NCBI GenBank assembly: GCA_016186115.1
Contig: JACPMK010000002.1
Location: 274,323-338,322 of the forward strand
DNA length: 64,000 nt
Reading direction: 5' to 3'
Source of the DNA: Candidatus Wildermuthbacteria bacterium
Lineage (GTDB): Bacteria; Patescibacteriota; Minisyncoccia; Minisyncoccales; UBA10102
Shown: positions 9,080 to 16,939 of the stretch, piece by piece
How positions within the stretch are numbered: the first letter of the stretch is position 1
Layout: the number at the start of each line of letters is the position of its first letter
Notes under the pieces: generated by a model
Seen by the model: only the letters and a program-made list of their open reading frames with translations
Databases searched by the model: none
Told to the model about the DNA's origin: nothing
Program-made: the position numbers and the translations under genes

Positions 9080-9103
9080 CCAAAAAATCGCCCCTGAGGC
9101 GAC
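9080..9103 (-). terminator. rho-independent terminator (end of the R-M operon transcript)
   Basis: Minus strand reads GTCGCCTCAGGGGCGATTTTTTGGTAGG; it shares the 15-nt core caaaaaatcgcccct with the terminator at 5600..5627. Confidence 0.45.
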
Positions 9104-9249
9104 CCCTCACTTCTGACAACGAGCATCAAAGTATCAATAAGTATCTATGCATATACCTGCAAATATCAAATCCGCTTCTCTCTCGTCCCACTCAAAATCA
9201 AACCCCACCTCTTCAATCTCTTTTGGAATTTGTCGTTTGGTCATTTCTA

Positions 9250-9382
9250 TCATTCGTTTGTTATTTTTAAAACTTTCTCTGCGATTTCTTCAACTGGCCC
9301 ATCTGCGTCGATCGCAAAGTTTTTTGCTTAACGTCGACTTCCCCACTCCTGTAGTTCCAATAATCAAAATTGATCTTTTCAT
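9250..9382 (-). pseudogene. remnant of a P-loop kinase gene (Walker A N-terminus plus frameshifted C-terminus; middle missing)
   Basis: ATG at 9382 gives MKRSILIIGTTGVGKSTLSKKLCDRRRWAS, then a stop (Walker A GTTGVGKST). The -1 frame continues GPVEEIAEKVLKITNE, then a stop. The total is far too short for a functional kinase. Confidence 0.35.
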
Positions 9383-9389
9383 AATTATT

Positions 9390-10526
9390 TCAGTTTACCA
9401 TATCCAATTCGCCGGCCATTGAGCGATATAAAACGCTGTCAAAGAGCTCTCGGAGTTTGGTTTTTTGCTCCAACAGACCTTTTTTGTATTCTTGCACCGC
9501 ATTCAGTTTTTGAACAATTTCCTTTTGCGTCTCAATTCCCGGCACCGGAATTTCAATATGTTTAATTTTATTTGCATTAAACTGTTGTTGGCCAGAACCG
9601 GTCATCAATCGCTCCGCCTGCGTCCAATATTCTTTTGTTCTAGAAAAAATCCAGATAAACTTTGGCAAGACGAGTTTTTCATCTGGTATAATGCGAATCA
9701 AGTATGAGGCAAAAACAGCAGGTTCATTTGAATCGTAAAAAAGAATTTTGCCATAAGTAGCGCCCGTCCGCGCCACAAGCAAGTTTTCTTGATTGAGCAC
9801 ATACTTCTTTGTTTCGCTGTTTGCTTTAACGTATTTCGGATCAGAATTTCTTAGTTCCCCGCTTTCGTTGATGTCAGTGATTCGTATAAGGCGATAATCC
9901 CCCTCGTCCTGCGCCGAAGCTGTATATCCGTATTGAAACTCGCAAAGCTCCCCTAATTTTTTGATTTCCCAATTTTTGGCGACTGGGTTAAGTTCCTTAT
10001 GCAACAGCGACGCAAAGAGTTCTTCGGTTTTTTGGATAAGCTCGTTATTCAATTTTTGCGCCTCCCGAATCCCATCCAACCGCTCCACAAGCTTTTTCTG
10101 TATCTCAAGAGGAGGAACCGGAATTTTAAGATTGTCTATGAATGCCTTGCTTAAATGAGGAACAGCCGCACCCTGGGCCGCACCACGAATTTTACTCTCG
10201 TTGAATTCCCAAAAGTATCGCAAAAAGCGGCTATCCAGTTTAGGTTCTCTAATCACAATTTTGGCAACGGTGCTACCAGCAAAACCACTTACTTCTATTC
10301 CCACCGTTCCCGCATGTGCTCCGTCCCACACTACAACAACATCATCCTCCGCACACCGCACGCCGTCTTTCTCGGGCGTGTATAGATTATATTTTTGCGT
10401 CCTAATCGTATCAATGCCAATATAAGGCTTATAGCCAAGCTTTTGCTCTTCCGAAACAGCCATTTTCTTTCCCTTTTGGAAGTCTATAACCTCTCCCAAT
10501 TTTTTCGTCGGCCAGTTAGTTTTCAT
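9390..10526 (-). CDS. hsdS: type I restriction-modification specificity subunit HsdS (two target-recognition domains)
   Basis: Classic HsdS architecture: N-terminal WPTKKLGEV, central conserved repeat (IPVPPLEIQKKLVERLD), a second half starting NWEIKKLGELCEF, and a C-terminal repeat (IPVPGIETQKEIVQKLN). The start overlaps the upstream gene by 4 nt (ATGA). Confidence 0.9.
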   Translation of the reverse strand: MKTNWPTKKLGEVIDFQKGKKMAVSEEQKLGYKPYIGIDTIRTQKYNLYTPEKDGVRCAEDDVVVVWDGAHAGTVGIEVSGFAGSTVAKIVIREPKLDSRFLRYFWEFNESKIRGAAQGAAVPHLSKAFIDNLKIPVPPLEIQKKLVERLDGIREAQKLNNELIQKTEELFASLLHKELNPVAKNWEIKKLGELCEFQYGYTASAQDEGDYRLIRITDINESGELRNSDPKYVKANSETKKYVLNQENLLVARTGATYGKILFYDSNEPAVFASYLIRIIPDEKLVLPKFIWIFSRTKEYWTQAERLMTGSGQQQFNANKIKHIEIPVPGIETQKEIVQKLNAVQEYKKGLLEQKTKLRELFDSVLYRSMAGELDMVN

Positions 10527-11104
10527 GTAAGAATACCGAATATACTCAACACGAACAGCAAAAGGCCCAGACCGAAAATTCCCAAAAACAAATAGTATAA
10601 TTTATCCAATACAGAGGAATATTTAGTCACTGGTTTAACATCCTCTGTATAAATCTTTTTGCTTTCTTCCTTCATGTTCAGATAGTCTTCTATATGTTTT
10701 TCCTCGAGCATTCCATCTATGGCTTGCGAGTATATTTGAACTACTTCTTTCAGTTGTTCGGCAAGAAACTTTTGCTCTGCGTCATTTTGTACTTTACTTA
10801 ATGTTCCCTCTTTTATATTAGAAAAAATGATCAAACCAATGCCATAAATAGCACCCACCAGCAATAAAACCACAGACACGATAGATAAACAACCAAGTGC
10901 TTCATTACTCGCATAGATCGGAAATACTATGGCCACCATCGCAATTTCTAACGACGAGAAAGCAACGATTGATGTATGCTTTCGCTCTATAATGCGATTC
11001 TCCCTATTTTCAAATTCGAACATCCGTTGAAGCAAAAGATCAACTAAAGTATCTCGGGTTGTTCGAAATTCGTCTTGCGCTAATTTTAGTTCTTTATCAT
11101 CCAT
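10523..11104 (-). CDS. hypothetical membrane protein (cassette gene D; TM hairpin plus C-terminal TM) embedded in the R-M operon
   Basis: 193 aa: cytoplasmic N-terminus, two adjacent TM helices (IVAFSSLEIAMVAIVFPIYA, LGCLSIVSVVLLLVGAIYGIGLIIF), a ~70-aa charged helical segment and a C-terminal TM (YYLFLGIFGLGLLLFVLSIFGIL). GGGAGA SD upstream; stop overlaps the hsdS start. Confidence 0.6.
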   Translation of the reverse strand: MDDKELKLAQDEFRTTRDTLVDLLLQRMFEFENRENRIIERKHTSIVAFSSLEIAMVAIVFPIYASNEALGCLSIVSVVLLLVGAIYGIGLIIFSNIKEGTLSKVQNDAEQKFLAEQLKEVVQIYSQAIDGMLEEKHIEDYLNMKEESKKIYTEDVKPVTKYSSVLDKLYYLFLGIFGLGLLLFVLSIFGILT

Positions 11105-11139
11105 AAATGTATTCTCCCAATTTTTTCGTCGGCCAGCGG

Positions 11140-11913
11140 CTAATCTTCATAAACCCTTGATAGGATGGCGTCAGCTTCCTGCCGGCCAAGCCCTCGAAGC
11201 ACCAAACCATTCTCATTTTCTGCCACCATATTTTTGATTTTAGTCACAGCAATTTGAGCTGCGTTCTTAGAGCATCCGTGATCCTGTATCAGCTTTACAA
11301 GATCGGCGCGCTTAGTTCTTTTCGGGGAGAACGCATTCAGTAATAACAGCGCAATCTCTCTGGGGTATAAACCTCTGATATTGATAAATAGTTGATCGTC
11401 GATTGCTTCTAAATATGGATATTTTCGTTCTATTACCGTTTCTACTAGCACAGCTGCCTCGTCCGGATCCGCGGAAGACCCTGCGATCCGAATTATTTCT
11501 GCAAGGATCCATGACATAATTGGAACGGCAACACTGGCGTCCATTTTGTTGGGATTTACCTCCGTAGGATCATGACGAGCCCCTCTGTTGCTCGCGATGT
11601 CATACAAAAAGCGGCATGCCCGCGGTATTGTTATTCGAATAGAATCATGACAACTACCTGCCGCAGTATTCTGAAGCGTGTTAATCACGCCTTCGACACC
11701 AAACTGGCGCGCAGGAGGAAGCGTATTGCCGGAAGAAATACACAGCATTTTGAGTGCTGCCTCGACAAACTTTCCACTTTTTGCAACGCATTCTTCCCAA
11801 TCACTCTCATGGTATGCACGAATAGCACCATTATAATGTCGCAAAAGATTCCCTATATGTTGTCTGGGGAACATGGCTACAAGCACTTCTTGTATGTCTT
11901 GAGTTATAGACAT
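11140..11913 (-). CDS. hypothetical helical protein (cassette gene C), possible Abi/HEPN-like nuclease but no canonical motif
   Basis: 257 aa. All-alpha character; contains SNRGARHD (Rx3H, not the canonical Rx4-6H HEPN motif); the C-terminal ~90 aa are wHTH-like. It lies 7 nt downstream of gene B. Confidence 0.6.
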   Translation of the reverse strand: MSITQDIQEVLVAMFPRQHIGNLLRHYNGAIRAYHESDWEECVAKSGKFVEAALKMLCISSGNTLPPARQFGVEGVINTLQNTAAGSCHDSIRITIPRACRFLYDIASNRGARHDPTEVNPNKMDASVAVPIMSWILAEIIRIAGSSADPDEAAVLVETVIERKYPYLEAIDDQLFINIRGLYPREIALLLLNAFSPKRTKRADLVKLIQDHGCSKNAAQIAVTKIKNMVAENENGLVLRGLGRQEADAILSRVYED

Positions 11914-11920
11914 CTTTGGC

Positions 11921-12346
11921 TCAGTTGAAAATCTCTTTCCAGTTCGGTCTTAAGTTATAAAAGCCTTTTCGCTTCGACTCCACCCAATCGTTATCCTTTG
12001 CAGCAGAAGTAAAAAAGCGGTTAAAGTCAGTACCTACTATAGAAGTCATTCTGCTCCACTGCTTTTCGATTTCGGTAAGCGTAATTTCTTTTTTTGTATC
12101 TCCCTTTGTCAAACGTGCCAATAAAAGAGTGAACTTCTTCGCGCCGCTCATATTCTTGGTGACGTACTGCTTCATAAAGGGGCGGAGAGGCTTATCAAAA
12201 TCAATGCTCCCCGCGCGACTCGTTTGTTTTGAGGCATTCCTATCTTTGGTGTTCTTGGTACTACTAGCTCCAAGAACTATTTTTTCTACACGGTCAAGAC
12301 GGGTCGAGATCTCCGAAATCCTTTGCCCAAGTTCTTTTTCTGTCAT
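11921..12346 (-). CDS. hypothetical protein (cassette gene B), paralog of gene A
   Basis: 141 aa. Its C-terminal ~90 aa align with gene A (TLTEI/TPAEI anchors, conserved R and A in a 23-aa equal-length segment, NDWVESKRKGFYNLRPNWKEI vs NAWIASDPSQRGTFYVTNPGFKAM). The start overlaps the A stop (ATGA). Confidence 0.6.
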   Translation of the reverse strand: MTEKELGQRISEISTRLDRVEKIVLGASSTKNTKDRNASKQTSRAGSIDFDKPLRPFMKQYVTKNMSGAKKFTLLLARLTKGDTKKEITLTEIEKQWSRMTSIVGTDFNRFFTSAAKDNDWVESKRKGFYNLRPNWKEIFN

Positions 12347-12876
12347 AATCGCTTCTTTAACTTCTTATTTTTTGACGCTACTCTTTTTGTGTTCTTTTTG
12401 CGCTTCCCCCCTCGAGGGGCCGATGTTTTAGGAAATCCTTCTTGCATGGCTTTAAAACCAGGGTTGGTTACATAAAACGTTCCCCGTTGACTTGGATCGG
12501 AAGCAATCCAAGCATTCCTTAGAGCTACTTTAAGATCCCTCGTGAGATTTCCGGGGAGCTTTTCTCCAGCATCACGTAAAAGTACTCTTATTTCAGCTGG
12601 AGTAAACGAATCTTGCCCTCTCGCTTCTTTCAAGTATGCCCCTAAAGCTACAATTTTATCTGGGTTGCGGTCAGGCGCAAATTTTTTGAGATATTCAGCT
12701 GGAGCTTCTTGCGGCCGAGAATTTATAGGCCGAGCGGTGACGCTTGTGGTGACGGCACCTTCTTCTGTAGAAAGACACGTCCTCATAACTTCCGCTGCTG
12801 TTTCTGGAGAAACTTCTCCAGTGTACTGTAACCCCGCCCCTCTTAAGATAACTTTCACTTTGTTTGGTTTAGCCAT
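12343..12876 (-). CDS. hypothetical protein (cassette gene A) with Lys-rich basic C-terminal tail, paralog of gene B
   Basis: 177 aa. The tail GGKRKKNTKRVASKNKKLKKRL suggests nucleic-acid binding; the central region is paralogous to gene B. Confidence 0.6.
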   Translation of the reverse strand: MAKPNKVKVILRGAGLQYTGEVSPETAAEVMRTCLSTEEGAVTTSVTARPINSRPQEAPAEYLKKFAPDRNPDKIVALGAYLKEARGQDSFTPAEIRVLLRDAGEKLPGNLTRDLKVALRNAWIASDPSQRGTFYVTNPGFKAMQEGFPKTSAPRGGKRKKNTKRVASKNKKLKKRL

Positions 12877-12926
12877 AGTTTTGTAGTGTATAACTTTTTG
12901 TATTACTGTACGACTTTACGACATTC

Positions 12927-12954
12927 ATTATACACAAGTACAAAACTAAGTCAA
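12927..12954 (-). promoter_or_regulatory. near-consensus sigma70 promoter (TTGACT-16nt-TATAAT) inside the operon, upstream of cassette gene A
   Basis: Minus strand reads ...GCTGCCTC TTGACT TAGTTTTGTACTTGTG TATAAT GAATG...; about 50 nt upstream of the gene A ATG at 12876. It is preceded by a 6-bp hairpin (12957-12975) that spans the hsdM stop codon. Confidence 0.45.
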
Positions 12955-12966
12955 GAGGCAGCTTGG

Positions 12967-14511
12967 TTAGCTGCCTCCGAGTAGTTTCGCTATCTTCTCT
13001 CTTGTACCATCTAGCGTACCACTTTTCTGTTCTATCTCTCCTAAAATCTCCTTGGGATCGCGGTGAGGTTTTTCTGCTTCGATGGCGTGCGGATTGTACG
13101 TGTTGGCAGAAAGAATAAAATCGTTTGCGGCGATTTGTTTTACGGGGGTGAACCAAGAGAATCCTTTTTCTTCTTTGGGCTGGCCGCCGTTCCACAACTC
13201 CAAGAGCTTGGGGATGTCATTGCGGTATTGGGGGCCGTATTTTTTGGCCGCAGATAAAGAGGAGCCGTCTCCTTGCATATTAAAGAACCATATTTTATCA
13301 GGCGACCCTTCGACAGGCTCAGGGTGGTTTTTCTTACGAAAAACCAGAAAGCTGGTTTTTACTCCGGCGTACGGCTGGAATACTCCAGCTGGCATGGAAA
13401 CCACAGCTTCAAGCTTTGTATTTTCCAAAAGATAGCGGCGAATTTCTTTGTCGTCGCGGTTGGTGCCGAACAAACTGCCTTCCGGCAAAATAATGCCAGC
13501 TCGGCCGGTGCCCGGCTTTAAGGCATTCAGCACATACCCCAAAAACAGAACTTGCGTTTTCTTGGACTTTACGGGTAGGGTGGGCTTTACCCGTTCTAAA
13601 TCCACTTTTCCCGCAAATGGTGGGTTTGTTAAAACTACGTCGAACTGGCGGAGATCGTCGTCGGTTTCAGATCCGGCAACCGTATCTTTTCGCTGGATTT
13701 TTGCGCCTTCAATGCCGTGCAGAATAAGATTCATTAAGCACAGCCGCATCATTTCGGGGTCTACATCGTAGCCATGAAACGTTTTTTGAATAAGAAAATC
13801 CCATTGCGCTTTTTTAAGGCGGTCGCCATAGCCTATGGGATAGCCATTTTTCTCCGCAATGCTTTCTTTGCTGCTGTTTTGGTATTTTATCCATTCAAAA
13901 GAAGCAATAAGAAAGCCGCCGGTGCCGCAAGCAGGGTCGAACACGGATTCCCCTATTTTAGGGTTTACCATGTGCACCATGGGCCGAATAATGTGCCGGG
14001 GCGTAAGAAACTGGCCCAGTTCGCCGGCAGCGTCTATGCTCTGAAGTAGTCCTTCGTATAAATCGCCTTTTACGTCGGTCTCCAGCTTTGAAAACTCAAT
14101 GCTGTCGATTATTTCGACTGCGCGTTTGAGTGTAACCTCGTCTGGAATAAGAAACTTTGCGTCGCGGAAAATTTGAGAAACAGTGGTATGGCTGTTTTGA
14201 AGATCTACGGCAAACTGAAAAACATTATCGCGGACAAAGTTATACAGCTGCGTGCCGGTTTTGTCGCGCCAGCGAGACCAGCGGAATTTCTCGTTGTCGC
14301 CTTCAAAAATAGAGTGGTGAGCGCGGCCGGTAAGTTCTTCTGCCCGCTCCATGGCATTATCCTGTTCTTCCAGCATCTTTAAGAAAAACAAAAAGCTTAC
14401 CTGCTGAATGCGCGTAACCGGGTCTTTAAGGCCGGCGCCCCAAAGGTAGTTGTTTAGACGCGAAAGCTTTGTCTGGAAATCTTCTGTAAATTGTTGAGCT
14501 TCAGGACTCAT
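12967..14511 (-). CDS. hsdM: type I R-M N6-adenine DNA methyltransferase subunit HsdM
   Basis: HsdM N-terminal domain (LWGAGLKDP...), SAM-binding FDPACGTGGFL and catalytic VLTNPPFAG (NPPF motif IV); 4-nt ATGA overlap with hsdR. Confidence 0.9.
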   Translation of the reverse strand: MSPEAQQFTEDFQTKLSRLNNYLWGAGLKDPVTRIQQVSFLFFLKMLEEQDNAMERAEELTGRAHHSIFEGDNEKFRWSRWRDKTGTQLYNFVRDNVFQFAVDLQNSHTTVSQIFRDAKFLIPDEVTLKRAVEIIDSIEFSKLETDVKGDLYEGLLQSIDAAGELGQFLTPRHIIRPMVHMVNPKIGESVFDPACGTGGFLIASFEWIKYQNSSKESIAEKNGYPIGYGDRLKKAQWDFLIQKTFHGYDVDPEMMRLCLMNLILHGIEGAKIQRKDTVAGSETDDDLRQFDVVLTNPPFAGKVDLERVKPTLPVKSKKTQVLFLGYVLNALKPGTGRAGIILPEGSLFGTNRDDKEIRRYLLENTKLEAVVSMPAGVFQPYAGVKTSFLVFRKKNHPEPVEGSPDKIWFFNMQGDGSSLSAAKKYGPQYRNDIPKLLELWNGGQPKEEKGFSWFTPVKQIAANDFILSANTYNPHAIEAEKPHRDPKEILGEIEQKSGTLDGTREKIAKLLGGS

Positions 14512-16847
14512 CGTTGAACAAAAATCCGCTGGTTAAGCTCTTGAAGCATTTTCTTAAGTTCGTCGGCGTCAAACAGCGTAAGGACATGGTTCAGGCCGCC
14601 GAAGTATTGGAACACCGGTTCTGTAAAAATAGAAACGTCAACCCGCTCTTTGTTTGCGATATACTGTTCCTTTACCAGGCGGAGTAATTTGGTTTGCTCT
14701 GCAGAAAGATTTTTTTCGAGAAGCCAAGATTCAAACAAGTCGTTGACACGGTTTTCTAAAAGTTGCTCTTCGGTTGGCAGCTCCTCAATATCCAAAGCGG
14801 TACGGATAAACTGGTTAAGCGTGCCTGGCGGATAGCCGTACGCCTCGCGCAAATTTGCCTCGTTAAAGTAGAATTTGGGCGAATTAAGTTTTTCACCAAG
14901 GTACGCGGTTTCGTCGCTTGTAAGTTCTTGCCCTTCTTTTACTTTGGAAATAAGGGGTTCGGTTTGCGCAAGTTCCTGCACTTCTTTTTCCCAGGCTGTT
15001 TGGTATTCGTCAGCATCAATGGATTCGCCTTCCGGCCCCACTTCCACATAGGTACGTTGTACCACACTATCAACATTTTCCGGAGCGGATTCTGGCACCT
15101 GTACAAATTGCAGCTTTTGCACCGCCTCTTTTTGTTCGTCGGTAAGGTCTTCCAAGTCGTCGGTTTCTTCCGTGCCCCAGGGGATACCGGTACGCGCTTT
15201 TAAGATATTTGAGTACGGGTTGTAGCTTTCGTCGTTAAAGTAAGCGGTAACGCCGGCAAAATCGTATATGCGAAAAGAAGTTTTGCTTATGGAGCGGTCG
15301 AGTCGGCTGCCGCGGCCTCGCATTTGCTGGTATAAAATGGCAGATCGCGTAGGGCGTACCATAACAAGGTTTTCTACCATGGGAGCGTCTATTCCCGTAT
15401 CAAGCATCCCAACGGATACGGCTACTTTGGGAAATCCTTCCAGCTTGAATTTTCGAATGGCCGCCCGGGGGTCTTGCGTGTCGGAAGTTATGACTTCTGC
15501 AAAACGGCCGTTGTGTTCGGGAAACGCCTGGTTAAGGTAATACGCAAGCTGGGCTGCGTGCCGTTTTGTTACGGCAAACACAATGGCCTTGCGAAGCTTG
15601 CCATCTCCCCGGCTTTCCTCTTCTTGTCGATATGCTTTTGCAATCTGTTCGTTGCGGGCTGGAATGTTAATTCGCCTTTCCAAGTCTTCTGGATTATAAT
15701 CTTCGTTTTCATATTCTACGCCTTCAAGAGATAGCTTTGTCTCGATACGGACAATATCGTAACCCGCCAAATAGCCTTCTTTGATACCCCTGCGAATGCC
15801 ATAGGTAAAAGTGGGTTCTCCTCGCTCTTTTCTTTCATCCCAGCAGTCAAAAAGCTTGTAGGTGTTGTGGTTAATAAGTATGGAGGGTGTGGCGGTAAGC
15901 CCAATGCGGATAGCGTCAAAGTGCGAAAGGACAGCATTGTAAATGCCGTAAATGCCGCGATGCGCTTCGTCTGAAACGACAACGTCAAAGTATCCACTCG
16001 TAAAGTTTGAAAGTTGGGAATATATCGTAGGGAGCGTGGAGATAATAATAGAGGATTCGTCGCTTTCCCGCCCGCCGTACAAAAGTTTTGATGGATAATC
16101 GGCAAGAATGTCGCCGAAAGCGTCTTGCGCCTGCTGGCCGAGATCGATTCGATCTACAAGAAATAGAACTCGCCGGGCAACTCCTGCCTCAAAAAGACGT
16201 TTGAGGTACAGGGCAACAGTATCTGTTTTCCCGGTACCGGTCGCCATAAGCAAAAGCATTTTACGTTTGCCGTTTTCAAGCGATTTATCCATGACAATCA
16301 TAGCTTCCTTTTGGTACTGTCGAGGCTCTCGCCATTCCCCTCCTTTGAAATATTTTTCTGGTATGGGAATTGCTGAAACCGGCTTTTGCTCTAACCGCTG
16401 TGTTTGCAGTTTTTCGAGATCTCGTTGCGAGAAAAAAGTTGCTACCTTTTGTTCGGGCCTATATTTGTAGTCCCAAAAATAAATATCTTCTCCGTTAGAA
16501 AGAAAAATAAAATCAGTGTTCGTGGCTTCGGCATATTCCAACGCTTGTTGTTTTGCAGCCACGGGATCCACCGAAAAACGTTTCGCTTCTATAATGGCAA
16601 TGCTTCTGCCTCGACTATCACGAAGAATATAGTCGGCCCGGCCTTTTGCTGCTTCGGCTTCCGTGGAAACTTGGTTTTTGTCTTCGATATTCCAAAAGGC
16701 CTCACGCAATTTGCGGTCAATCAAAATGCGCGAGTCTGTCTCGCGCAAAACCTGCCCTTTTGGAGGGGTTACTCCAATTTCCACTTCTCTTGGCTTATAG
16801 AGAGGTTCCTCCATAGAATTACTCCACCATACTCCATTTCTCCTCAT
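14508..16847 (-). CDS. hsdR: type I R-M restriction subunit HsdR (compact, 779 aa)
   Basis: N-terminal PD-(D/E)xK nuclease motif (ADYILRD...IAIIEAKR), SF2 helicase motif I LMATGTGKT, motif II VVSDEAHRG, and later helicase motifs. The alternative start MEEPLYK at 16814 has the better SD (GGTGGAG). Confidence 0.9.
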   Translation of the reverse strand: MRRNGVWWSNSMEEPLYKPREVEIGVTPPKGQVLRETDSRILIDRKLREAFWNIEDKNQVSTEAEAAKGRADYILRDSRGRSIAIIEAKRFSVDPVAAKQQALEYAEATNTDFIFLSNGEDIYFWDYKYRPEQKVATFFSQRDLEKLQTQRLEQKPVSAIPIPEKYFKGGEWREPRQYQKEAMIVMDKSLENGKRKMLLLMATGTGKTDTVALYLKRLFEAGVARRVLFLVDRIDLGQQAQDAFGDILADYPSKLLYGGRESDESSIIISTLPTIYSQLSNFTSGYFDVVVSDEAHRGIYGIYNAVLSHFDAIRIGLTATPSILINHNTYKLFDCWDERKERGEPTFTYGIRRGIKEGYLAGYDIVRIETKLSLEGVEYENEDYNPEDLERRINIPARNEQIAKAYRQEEESRGDGKLRKAIVFAVTKRHAAQLAYYLNQAFPEHNGRFAEVITSDTQDPRAAIRKFKLEGFPKVAVSVGMLDTGIDAPMVENLVMVRPTRSAILYQQMRGRGSRLDRSISKTSFRIYDFAGVTAYFNDESYNPYSNILKARTGIPWGTEETDDLEDLTDEQKEAVQKLQFVQVPESAPENVDSVVQRTYVEVGPEGESIDADEYQTAWEKEVQELAQTEPLISKVKEGQELTSDETAYLGEKLNSPKFYFNEANLREAYGYPPGTLNQFIRTALDIEELPTEEQLLENRVNDLFESWLLEKNLSAEQTKLLRLVKEQYIANKERVDVSIFTEPVFQYFGGLNHVLTLFDADELKKMLQELNQRIFVQR

Positions 16848-16939
16848 TTTTCCAGTAAAAAGTCGCTAAGGCACGGCACCAGCCAGAAACGTATCTCCTT
16901 AAAACTGCGATAGCAAGAATAAGAAGATCAACGCTGGGA

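Noticed and set aside
9147-9422. + strand 91-aa ORF downstream of hsdS
   Set aside because: The opposite strand carries the P-loop kinase remnant contiguous with hsdS; the + ORF is hydrophobic or low-complexity with no signals.
11140-11913. Calling cassette gene C a HEPN RNase
   Set aside because: The only R..H element is Rx3H (NRGARH), outside the canonical Rx4-6H spacing, and no profile search was possible; kept as 'possible' only.
16814-16847. Which ATG starts hsdR (16847 vs 16814)
   Set aside because: Not resolved. The internal MEEPLYK start has the better SD (GGTGGAG), but the longer ORF is retained in the feature coordinates. The difference is 11 codons and does not affect the call.
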